A stretch of 63,574 nt of DNA, the filler included, from Lenisia limosa (taxonomy: Eukaryota > Protista > Breviatea): assembly GCA_001655205.1 (NCBI GenBank). It is 10 parts of 10 records of this genome, joined end to end, with 100 filler letters (N's around TTAATTAATTAA, not from the genome) between each part and the next. Parts side by side here need not be neighbours in the genome. Positions count along the whole stretch, not along the records: positions 36,929 to 38,983 come from LPNZ01011662.1; positions 39,084 to 47,534 come from LPNZ01006978.1; positions 47,635 to 55,107 come from LPNZ01006237.1; 7 more parts are not named here. One strand, given 5' to 3'. Below are positions 38,941 through 50,600 of this stretch, one piece after another. The notes beneath the pieces were generated by a model that made no database searches, was not told the DNA's origin, and was given only the letters and a program-made list of their open reading frames with translations. How positions within the stretch are numbered: the stretch's first letter is position 1; the number at the start of each line of letters is the position of its first letter. The translations under genes were made by a program, and so were the position numbers.

Positions 38941-39204
38941 CTAAGGTGGTAAATAATGCGATGTCCTTTAGTACCTCCCCCCCNNNNNNNNNNNNNNNNN
39001 NNNNNNNNNNNNNNNNNNNNNNNNNNNTTAATTAATTAANNNNNNNNNNNNNNNNNNNNNNNNNNNNNNNNNNNNNNNNNNNNAAAATATTCAAAAAAAA
39101 TAAAAAAAATACAAAAAAAATTTGTTAAGTTACATTGTGTAAAAAAAGAAGCCATAACCGGATTGGAAAATAACATAAAATCAGTCCATGACATGTACTA
39201 GACA

Positions 39205-42200
39205 AACCTGGAGGGGAAGGCCAAGGTCCTTAGAAGTGAGGGATGAAGTAGACTCCATAACCTGGGGCTGGAACTCACGCATCTGTGATTGTGATATTTT
39301 TATAAAGCAATGAGAAATAAAAAATAAGGTTATATCTGGCCTAAGCCGTCCACACTAGTATAATAAGTCAGTTATCAGATCCTGGCCCTTTCTGAGCCCC
39401 CTCCCCCCACATTGGCTTGAACAGCATTCGTAGTAACGCCACCCTGACGCAACAAGCAAGGGATAAGGGAAACTAAGGTCAGCACAGTATCACACGCATG
39501 AGCTGTTGTGGGGTAAGTGCGAATGTGTACAGGAAGGAATATAAAAATAATCCATTTACACAGAAACAGCATACAAATATCCCGTATACAAGTTGGATTG
39601 GCAAAGACAAGGATGCGGGGCTCCACCATCATAGCCTTCAGGAGGGACAGTGTTTTACGGCCGAACCGTCGGACTAGGGCACGTACTGAGAAGCCTGAGT
39701 TCAGCTCATGGTCTCTGTGGAGCCGCAATGCTCTGGAGGGGGGGGGGGNNNNNNNNNNNNNNNNNNNNNNNNNNNNNNNNNNNNNNNNNNNNNNNNNNNN
39801 NNNNNNNNNNNNNNNNNNNNNNNNNNNNNNNNNNNNNNNNNNNNNNNNNGTTTGAATATTGTTGTAGATCATCTTTGCGAAGATCTTGACAGTTTCCAGA
39901 CAAACCCATGCAGACAACCCCTCCATACTCAAGCTAGCCAAGACAGTTTGTGGAATACTTGACTCTATGGTGTATTACAGCCCCACAAACCCCTCAAATG
40001 GTCCAGCGTGGATGGGAAACTTCAGGTTGATGCTGAATGGGTTACTACGTATGACTACGTCAGTTGTAAAGCTATCAAAAGAACAAGTAACCAACCTGTG
40101 GAAGAGGGCAGAGTGGAAAATGGAGAAATCATTGAGAATCCCGGACTTGAAATAGGCTAAAGGGTGTCAAGTTGCGCTAGGACCCAGAAAAATGTCTTCC
40201 TTTTGATAAAATATTTAAGCAATGCAATCAAGATCATTATAAATATATATGTATAAAGATATGATATGGGTTTATTTAGACACACTGTCACTTATTACAA
40301 ATTACAAAGAATAATGGTGTTACCTTGAGTGGTTGCGCGAACACGTGGGAGAACATATGACCAAATGGGAGCCTGAAGGGTCAAAAGCAGTACTTAATTT
40401 GAATAACATATTGATTTGACGGAATAATACTTCCACCCCTTGCGTCTGACGCCAGCTTTCAACTATTATTGCGTCTGACGCCAGCTTTCAACTACGATTG
40501 TGTCTGACACCAGCTTGCAACTATTATTTATATGTAGCAATGAGAAATAATAAATAAGATTGTATCTGGCCGAAGCCGTTCACACCATCACGCTTATAAG
40601 AGATATTGGATTATAGTATCNNNNNNNNNNNNNNNNNNNNNNNNNNNNNNNNNNNNNNNNNNNNNNNNNNNNNNNNNNNNNNNNNNNNNNNNNNNNNNNN
40701 NNNNNNNNNNNNNNNNNNNNNNNNNNNNNNNNNNNNNNNNNNNNNNNNNNNNNNNNNNNNNNNNNNNNNNNNNNNTCATGCTTATACGAGATACTGGATT
40801 TTGTTATTTATTCTAAAAATTCCATATATTTTCACCCTCCTACTGAGGTAATAACAACCACGGCTTTGTGGATATTGGATCGTGAAATTCGAGGGTCATT
40901 GTCTGAGTGATCCTGAGAGGAGTCAAGGAAGTTACGTGGGATTTGAAAAGCCGTTACTGAAACATATTTTCGTGAAACTAAGGCGGCTATCGCCATGATG
41001 GTACTTCCAATTTAGGTAAATTATGTATTTTGTATGTCCCTTTTTAATGCTTCTTGGCTAGTTGTCACTTGGGCTTCCCTATAATCCCGAAAAAGACGGG
41101 TAAAATATTGATATATATCGGGGATTTATCGAGAAATTTAGTCTTTTTTTGGGACCGTAGGGAAGCCTAAGTTGTCCCCAAATGCCCCCTCACGCCGGCG
41201 CTGATCTGCATCACAAACGACGTGGCAAACACGCGGGTCGGGTTGGACCGTTTCGGTGCAGCCGGCTTCCGTGCATTGTGCGGCGTGGCTGAGTCTTGGG
41301 ACGCCAGGGTTTTGATTGACTCCGGCCCGGGCTTCGGCCTAGGGGTGCGGGTTAGAAAAAAATGATTAAACATGTGAGAAAAAAACAAAGAAACCTCTGA
41401 CCCATCTCCCAAAGAAAATTGGAATGTATGAGAAAAAAAGCTCAGATTAGCCGCCTCCCTCTATATTGCATCCCCNNNNNNNNNNNNNNNNNNNNNNNNN
41501 NNNNNNNNNNNNNNNNNNNNNNNNNNNNNNNNNNNNNNNNNNNNNNNNNNNNNNNNNNNNNNNNNNNNNNNNNNNNNNNNNNNNNNNNNNNGGGGTACTG
41601 AAACATAAGGGCTCAAAAGTGGTGTACTCTGAGTAGAATTGAAAAATAATTTGAGATTTTGAGTATTTTAAGAAATGGTCAATGTCGCTTTTAATATACT
41701 CAAATATCGAAAATTGACGAGATATATCAACAAAATCAGGCCGGATTATAGTAAGAAATACAGAAACCACTACTACTGGATTGCTATAGCCTGCTAAAGC
41801 TACGACGATAGACCACCTACAAAGTTCGGGAATGGGTGGCAGGGTGAAATATACATGGTCTTCTTTCGTGGCATGAGCACCATCTGAACAGATAACAAAC
41901 TAAAGATCACAGCCACTCGATATATCAATATATATTGTTAGATACATAACCAACCCAATCATCTCATTTATAATGCGTTTTTGAGTGAACAAGCATTTTA
42001 CAGACAGAAACCATATATTACAAGGGGGAAGGGGGATATCAGCTAACCTGGGAGCGCCATAAAAGGGATGTGCTTCCAGCACCCCGGGAGAACTACCTCA
42101 TCGTCAACTTCAGAGGATCCCGGCACTCGGGGGTGGCAGTACTCAACCTAGAAGAGGTGAGGAGCCGCCAAAAAAGATGTATGATCTGATAAGATGAAGG

Positions 42201-42715
42201 TTTTGTTCTCATACTAACGTGTCATAATGACAAGAATAACTCTCTTCGTGCATAATTACCAGGTGTTGTTGAGCAGAAAATAAAAGCAAAAATACAAAAA
42301 ACCATTTCTCTCTGGTAAAAAACCCTGTGTCAAGGCCACCAGGTCGTTTTGTTCAATGGGAATTTTTGATTCAATTCAAAGAATTATGAGAAGAAACGCA
42401 AAAGCGAAATAGGAAAGCGAACAGATTTGAAACTTAACAATTTTTAAATGCATTATTTCAATTGAACAGTACCCTGAACCAAAAGCACATTGTTTGGAAA
42501 TGGTGGATTATAAGGCAACAGGGAAAGCAGGAAATGTAACAAGAAATATACAACTCTTCCACTGTATATTCAGTCCATATTGCTCAAAAGAGGCTATAAA
42601 GCTATTGGAGGCGGCTTACCAGATTGCCTTTTGTGTGGTGGAAGCTCACTACCATGAAATACTGGACCACATTTGGTGCTTCTTCTTTCGTCCCATCTTG
42701 GACGACGTCTGTCAT
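39205..42715 (-). CDS. AVL9: AVL9 (DENN-like late secretory pathway protein), 3' truncated
   Basis: YFMVVSFHHTKGNL|VEYCHP...WKHIPFMALP|DGAHATKEDHVYFTLP, RVFATSFVMQI, ISRSNIHKAVVVI, LPFGHM...TQAYF, GFSVRALVRRFGRKTLSLLKAMMVEPRILVF, DLGLPLQV; collinear with the AVL9 N-terminal domain. Confidence 0.88.
39301..39356 (+). mobile_element. Family-2 dispersed repeat head
   Basis: agcaatgagaaataaaaaataaggttatatctggcctaagccgtccacac. Confidence 0.8.
40440..40528. repeat. 29-bp minisatellite x3
   Basis: ttgcgtctgacgccagctttcaactatta, three copies, directly upstream of a family-2 element. Confidence 0.9.
40530..40805 (+). mobile_element. Family-2 element with a 31-bp minisatellite running into an assembly gap
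   Basis: Head plus atcacgcttataagagatattggattatagt-atc[N gap]; a variant unit tcatgcttatacgagatactggattttgt follows the gap. Confidence 0.75.
41069..41170. mobile_element. hAT-type MITE (subfamily B ends)
   Basis: ttgggcttccctata...gggaccgtagggaagcctaa; flanks gttgtcac / gttgtccc (7/8). Confidence 0.88.
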
Positions 42716-43113
42716 TGCATACGACTTCTAAAAAGGCCTTATTACATGATTACATTTCCATTATTGTATTGAAAAGGAAATAATTGCGTCACGCGTACGT
42801 GGCTTGTGCCACTCTATATATGCGGGGCCCGGCGGCGGAGCTCTGCGTAGCGAGCCTGAATATCAGGTTCTCGAAACGCATGGGTAATTCATATAATTAC
42901 GTAGAAATATCAAGGAATCTGTATACATGATATAATAATAGTAAAATAGTAAATACTATAATACTATAAGAGTAGCCGAAAAGCCGAAAAATATTGATAA
43001 CGAATAAAAGAACAATGAGAGAATGGCAGAATGACATGGAAAGGTTCCCTCAATATAAGTCAGAAAAAATACATCACATGAAGATATAAACAAAATTGCA
43101 GGTCAAAAGCTAT

Positions 43114-46100
43114 TTAGAAAAGGAGTGCCAGAAGAGCCAGGACAACAGACACCAAGAGGCCTGCTGCAGGGCCTCCCTCACAGTTGTCACCTGTAATGTA
43201 AGAAAGAAAGAATATACATGTATATATCAGAAATAAGTACGTGAACAACAGAAAGTGACGCTCTGTAACATTGTACAGGATATGAAATGGTATGTATATC
43301 TTCCCTTCAATATCAATGAAAAACTCGTGATGTGTTCCAGACCTTCACAGGGTGTTTCACCGCAATTCTCTGTGCAGGGTTGGTGCGTGGGATAGCTGGA
43401 GAATCAAACGAGAAGACATGAAAGTGGACTTTAGAGAACATGAAACTTTAGTTACGCAGAAGGCAACGAACCAAGATATAAAATACAAAGAGTGTACCCC
43501 CCCCCCCAAACCNNNNNNNNNNNNNNNNNNNNNNNNNNNNNNNNNNNNNNNNNNNNNNNNNNNNNNNNNNNNNNNNNNNNNNNNNNNNNNNNNNNNNNNN
43601 NNNNNNNNNNNNNNNNNNNNNNNNNAAGTTACAAAAGAAAACTATTTCAACTCCTTCTCACCAGTTGTTTCAACCCCCCTCCGTCTCACCAGTTGTTTCT
43701 GTCTATGTTATAGTGAGAAGGATCCATGCAACTGCCACCGCACAGTTCAGCTCCAGGAAGGCATTTGCACTGAGAAGGTAAAACAAAGATGAAATGAAAC
43801 ACGATAACTAGAGAAAACAAAAGAAATGAAGCCCATAAGATGTGATCACGAGTAGGGTTTCACTTCGGTTCGAAAAAGACCAGTATTATCGATAAATTCA
43901 GTGTTTTTTCGAACCGAAGTGAAGCCGTATTCACACGGCTTTGCTCACTTGGCCAGAAACGCACTCCGAGAAACCGATGCATTGTACACCACATGAGCCA
44001 CAGTTGTCAATGTCGGATTCGAAGGCAGAAGTAGTCACAACGCACCTGGCGGGTGGGGTGGATAAAAACCAATAATCAAATTAGCTACAGCCCGAAAAAT
44101 ACGCCCAATTAACTTCAACCCCAAAGGAAAACCCCAAAAATATTTGGGTAACAAAGGGAGAGAGGTAAATACGCGGATTAAGTCTATTTGTACACATGTC
44201 ATGTCCAAAAAAACAATATCTTCCACTCACTTATTGTTACAAATTTCAGTTCCTGAGTCAATACAATTGGCGCACGCTCCGTCTTGGCAAACCTAAAAGT
44301 GTGACAAGGCTAATTCCTACCAAATACTATAGCTACATGTATAGTCCATTAATACCATTTATATAAAATGCGACTGGTGCTCTATGTATAAGCTGTCAGT
44401 TCGATACCCCACCCACACCTGTCCTTCATGCCCACCCCCCACCTGTCCTTCATGACAGCGGTTGTCGCAAATGCCGCAATGAACGATAGAGGAGTTGGTG
44501 TTTGTACATTCACCATCGCATGTGCGCAGTCCTGGGGAGAAACATTAAAATGTGCAAAGCAAAACAATCCCATTTATTGTGGATCACAAATCATGGAGCA
44601 TGAGGGTTTTAACATAAATACAATCCCAGGATTCTGCCGCGATATAATATGCTGTCAAAATGGAAGCTATTTTAGTATCCATTTGCAAATCCCAATTTAC
44701 CCTCATCCCTCCCCCCAACCAGAAACTGTAAGGTCGCAGGAGCACGATCCGGAAGAGCAAACCTCATCTTCAGGACACTCCTTTGCTGGATGGTGAGGAA
44801 TGGCAGCAAATGGGTAACATGAGTTGTAGAACAAAACAGATGATTGTCATATCAACATCTACTCCCCTTTTGTCAAATCCAGCATACAACAGCCGCCACA
44901 ATGGAGGCGTGAGGTCTGGAAGAACTCATAGTCCCTGCAGCCTCCATCACAGTAGTCTTCGGGCTAGGGGGGGGGGGGNNNNNNNNNNNNNNNNNNNNNN
45001 NNNNNNNNNNNNNNNNNNNNNNNNNNNNNNNNNNNNNNNNNNNNNNNNNNNNNNNNAAGTATAACGTGTGAAAAATAAACTTAAAACAAATATGAGCTCA
45101 CAATCATTTCCGTATGTCTTCTGATGTATGTAAGTGTTATGCAATACGAATTCGATGAGCTAAATAAAGGCTTACGTAATCACAGAAGTAAGGTGAGCCA
45201 GAACGTTCATCATAGTCGACATTTAAGCACTCACCCCTGTATATGATAGTAAATTAAAGAAAGAGTAAAGTATACAATATGCAACATTAATTGTGAGAAT
45301 TGGCCTTCAGTTGGATAATCAAAAAGACCAAGTTTCAAAATATCTCATCATTCGGTATTAAAACCCGGCTAACACACCGGACGCAAGGGTTGCCGTTGTG
45401 ACAGGCGTTGTTGCATTCGCCACAGTGTGACTGGGAGCTCATGAGGCTGCCAAGCTGCATGCACTGTCCGTACCCTGTCATACCGCAGAATATTTGGTCG
45501 CGGATATAACATTCTTGGGGGTGAGAATGGGAATGTGTGTTAACAAGTCCAATATCTTGTCATAGTAGAAAGTATTATATGTGGGGTAAGGTACATTTCT
45601 ACCCCCTCCCCCCTACTTGGTTCCACGCATTCCGTGCCTGAGCATGTCCATCCGCCCTCGCATTCGATGTGGCACTCTCCACAGCTCTGAACGTTGTCTA
45701 CAAGGAAACTGTCGGATCTGGAAGTGTAATAATCAAAACCATCAATGATCTAAATGCATCGAGGCCGTTTTGTATTAAGCAAGACAAGACTCTCATCAAA
45801 ACATTCACCTCCACCCACAAGCAGTGCCATTTGCAAAAGTCATCAGCTTTGGATCCGCATCTTGACTCGGGATAGCGCTCCACACAGACACCGTTGATAC
45901 AATCGTCCGCGTCTGTTGTTGGTGTAAGAAAATTTGTATTGGAGGCTGTTCTGGAAATCAAGTGTAAACATGGCTAACAATCCCAAAACGCATCTCGCGT
46001 AACGTACTTTGGTCACAGCTCTTTCCACAAGTTCCACAACTCTGCACGTTGGACTTCATGGCCTCGGGAAGGAAACAGTCGTAGTAGTCCTGTTCATAAT

Positions 46101-47308
46101 CGTCCCAGCTGCATCCAACAATCTGAGGGGCGTGAGGTAATCCCAAAAGAGAGTATGTCGCTAACAACCAAAAACAAAAAAAAACTGTTGATCAGCAGAT
46201 TAAATTGTCAGACAATCTCAAATAATCCTTGATGAATGGAGACATACTTTATCATCCTGAAATACAGCAATAACCCCAAAAGCCTACAGGACACTTGTAG
46301 CTCTTGTCATATGCACGGGCCAGGAAAGACCATGTCGCGTCAGTGGTCATGTATAGCACACCGTCTGGGAATACCACAACCGAGGTCACAAAGTAGTCCG
46401 CAAAATTGAGGTACAAAAAGCCAGCCTGGGGGGGGGGGGGNNNNNNNNNNNNNNNNNNNNNNNNNNNNNNNNNNNNNNNNNNNNNNNNNNNNNNNNNNNN
46501 NNNNNNNNNNNNNNNNNNNNNNNNNNNNNNNNNNNNNNNNNNNNNNNCCACAAAAAAGGAAAACAATCTGGCCCCTCTAACAAAATTCAAGGTTTCAAGT
46601 TCGGTGTCAACTTCAACAAGCCACTGTTCAGAGTCTATCGAGTAAGGCAATTTAGGACCCAACCAAATCGTATGAATGTAATCGTACAACTTTGAATGAA
46701 AGGCAAATTAAGACGTATAACATAAGGGAACCCTTCGTACTCATTTTGATGCCGTGGACATAAAGCAGGTTTTTGCTCCAATCGAAGGTGGCACCAGAGC
46801 GGAAGTCCTAAACAGTTGGAACCATCATACCAATAGAGGCTAGCACTATCGGCATTTATATGCCAAACTACATACAGGACCGCTTACTTGGGAGGCAGTG
46901 TGAGTGTGCTCAAACCAAGGCAAGTCAATGAAGTGCACAGAAGCCAGGTCACCTAAGGAGAGGGAAATGGAAATGAATGAATCATGAAATAATAATAATA
47001 ATAATAACATTTTGAGGGGCTACTGGAAAATGTTGATGAGTAATAGATACTACTAATACTATAATACACTGCTATCACAAATCCCACAAACTAATTCGTA
47101 CGAGTGTGACTCTGTTGTTGGAGAGCATGGCTCCATAATCAGCTCCAGCCTGACAATGGTTAACGGAGATGTTGCAACCCCCTATACCACAAGCCAGCAC
47201 TAGTTAATATGAACAAAATAAAAGTACTTCTCCACCGACCACATATGAGAACATGATCTTGTGCCCAGTCATAGTGCCCGAAGATGTATTGTCCACAAAC
47301 TCTCCAAT
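43114..47308 (-). CDS. Cell-surface protein with tandem STIG1-like Cys-rich repeats and a C-terminal GPI-type signal; 5' truncated
   Basis: Repeats such as NVQSCGTCGKSC, NVQSCGECHIEC, SHCGECNNAC, LHCGGCSKEC, VHCGICDNRC, DIDNCGSCGVQC, DRNNC...; ends GDNCEGGPAAGLLVSVVLALLALLF*. Confidence 0.75.
43853..43929. mobile_element. hAT-type MITE, shortened
   Basis: TAGGGTTTCACTTCGGTTCGAAAAA...TTTTTTCGAACCGAAGTGAAGCCGTA. Confidence 0.9.
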
Positions 47309-47634
47309 CTGTTCGTGAGTCATGTCATGAGAAGGGTTAATATCTTTCAAATTGAAATGAGTATCAAAAAAAGCGCTTTCTTATTGAGAGCAAAAGACTG
47401 ATCCATATATAACAGTATATATATCATATTATATATATATATATAGATATGTATATATGATATATACTATATATATATATATATAGGTGACTATACATGA
47501 ACGCGAACACTCCCATGAACGCGAACGCTTTTTCNNNNNNNNNNNNNNNNNNNNNNNNNNNNNNNNNNNNNNNNNNNNTTAATTAATTAANNNNNNNNNN
47601 NNNNNNNNNNNNNNNNNNNNNNNNNNNNNNNNNN

Positions 47635-47694
47635 CAAGAGCTTATATTACTCGACCCACTTACAACAAGAGCTTATATTACTCGACCCACTTAC
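47635..47694. repeat. 30-bp tandem repeat at a scaffold start
   Basis: caagagcttatattactcgacccacttac(a) x2. Confidence 0.85.
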
Positions 47695-47699
47695 GATCA

Positions 47700-50600
47700 C
47701 GGCTTGGGCTGCGCTGATATAGTGCATAATTGAAAATGTGGGGATTGCAGTGAAGTCCACGTGTTTGATTATTTCCTCATGCCATTGGTCTCGAATAGGC
47801 TGAATATGTCAGAAATGGCCTGAAATTAATTAGTTTTCTCCAATCTTTACCCGTTGTTTGTTAGTTTCGCAAGAGATTTCGAATTTCTCAAAGATACAGT
47901 GGTCGGGAAGTCTTGACCTATTTTTTTGGGAAATCACACCGCAAATCCGAAAAGACTTATCACGGTCACTGTATATCAAGGAATCTGTCTTATTAGGCGC
48001 CTCCTGCCAACCACAGGAACAATGATGAGGGTGCCTCGAGTGTTTGTTGACGTACCATCAAGCTTGAAGTCTCCTAGTGAATGTAATTAGGGCTTCACTT
48101 CGGTTCGAAAATATCGATATTTACTGATAAAATATCGATATTTTATCAAAGATTTATCGAGAAATTCAGTCTTTTTTTTTTGAACCGAAGTGAAGCCCTA
48201 TGAGTTAATGTGTTGAATAATATTAGTAGATCAGTACGAGATTACCCCCCCCCCCTCATCAGAGCCTGAAGAGTAGGGCTTCACTTCGGTTCGAAAAAAG
48301 ACTGAATTTTTCGATAATTCCTCGAAAGCTATCGATATTTTACCGGGTTCTCCGAACCAAAGTGAATCTCTACTAAAGAGCCAACCTTCGCGAAGCCATC
48401 TCAGCTGTGCTGGAGTAGCCGTCTTTCTTTCCTGCTGATGGGCTGAGTTGCAGAGTCGTTTCCTGGACCGACCCCAATGGGCGTCGTCTGCGAGTTGTAT
48501 GATGGTTATCTTGCAGAGGGAACACATTTGGCCTGTGACGTCAGTGATGGAGAGTGAAAAGGGGAAACCTATGCACAGGAGCAAAGAGGGCTTATTTCCA
48601 ATAAAAGAACAAGCTACGTTATATGCTAAATAATGTAGGCAACAGACAGGAGCTCGTCATATTTCGCTTGTATACTCTACGGCCTTAACTCCACAATAGA
48701 TAATGGTACCAAACACCAGCCTAATGGTACCAAACACCAGCCTACCAGGAACACACTTCTCATGGAACACGCCCTCGCAAGAGAGACAGTACTTGAGGTT
48801 ATCCGTGGAGGTGTCAGCGCATGAGCAGAGTAAGTGGTTCACACGGTACGATCGCATGGTCTGAACGATCATAATGGGAAGAAATGGGCAAGCGCGAGTA
48901 GAAAACTATCGATAGTTTCCCGGATTTTTTCTAACCGAAGTGAAGCCCTAAGCGCAAAGGATGCAGTGACTGTGATAAGTCCTCACAGAATCTATTTCGT
49001 TTTCAGAAAAATCGGTTCTGACTACCACAGTCAGTGTATACAGTATTAAAGTTGCAACACCTGTAGGGTATTGAATGTTGACAAAAGAGGAGGAACCATC
49101 CATGTATTTACAAAGACTAGGAAAAAAAACATATTGAAGTTCTCTCTCCCCCCCCCCCCCNNNNNNNNNNNNNNNNNNNNNNNNNNNNNNNNNNNNNNNN
49201 NNNNNNNNNNNNNNNNNNNNNNNNNNNNNNNNNNNNNNNGATACTGGCACAATGTCTGAAGAAATTAACCGCAATAATGGTCCTAATTATCACAGGAGAA
49301 ATGAGTAGGGCTTCACTTCGGTTCGAAAAAAGACTGAATTTCTCGAACCAAAGTGAAACTCAAGAAATGAGAGAAAACAGCGCTGTAAAGAGCATTATCA
49401 CGGTCTTGAAAATACTCCAAATAAAGCCATACAAAGACACCGCCCCGTAAACCAGGCATTGGAGTGCACTGACGTGAACGTTGGAGTGGGGAGCAGAAAT
49501 TGGTAACTGCTGCGACAGTGATTAGGGGGAGGGAGTAAAACGAAGGAATTTTTAATGAAGAATAGGCAAAAAAGGTAATCACGAATTGAATAATCTGAAA
49601 CCAACAAAAACAAGCAACCGCTTACAGATAATGCACACTCTTCCCAAAAAACGATCCCCCCAACCTGGGGCACAAACGGCTGGAATTCAGCGGGTGGAAC
49701 ATGACGCACAATTGAGGCTAGAACTTCAACTGTTTTACCAAGTCTAAGGGGGGGGGGGGNNNNNNNNNNNNNNNNNNNNNNNNNNNNNNNNNNNNNNNNN
49801 NNNNNNNNNNNNNNNNNNNNNNNNNNNNNNNNNNNNNNNNNNNNNNNNNNNNNNNNNNNNNNNNNNNNNNNNNNNNNNNNNNNNNNNNNNNNNNNNNNNN
49901 NNNNNNNNNNNNNNNNNNNNNNNNNNNNNNNNNNNNNGAAGCTCAAACGCAACATCATCAAATGTGTCTTGAAAATAGGCATCTAGCAGTTGCCCCTGTC
50001 CCCTCACCCCATTTCTTCAGCCAAGATGCCCCCACGACTGTAGTGCACATCAGGCTGCAGTGGCTTCCTCGCTAGCTGACCTGCAGGGGTAAAATTGAAA
50101 ATTTATGAAGCCCACCAAAATCAACTCTGTTGGCTGACAACACACAAGGGTTGATAACAATAAAACAAAGCCCAGGCCAGTCGCTTTTGCAGCACCTCAT
50201 CCCATCTCTCCAGCGTAAGTAAAGCGAAGAAATGAATGAAATCAAAATAATCCAAATTCAGATTTGTTGGCTCTGTGTGAAACAAGTAGGACTTCACTTC
50301 GGTTTGAAAAATCCCGGTAAAATATCGATAGTTTTCGAGAATTTATCGAGAAATTCAGTTTGAACCGAAGTGAAGCCCTAGAAACAAGCCACTACTAGAT
50401 CAATAGATCACTACCATACCTGTGACAGGAGACCACCAGAGAGTGATTCCCTCAGATCCGGGCCAGGTGTGAAGCATGTGCCACCACGGCTCGGAGCGAA
50501 AGCCTGGTGACCCGTGAGACTTGTGCTTCGTCTGCATTTCACGAACCATCATCCAATCCACCGCTTCAGCCTGGTACTCTCTACAACTGATGAGGGGGAA

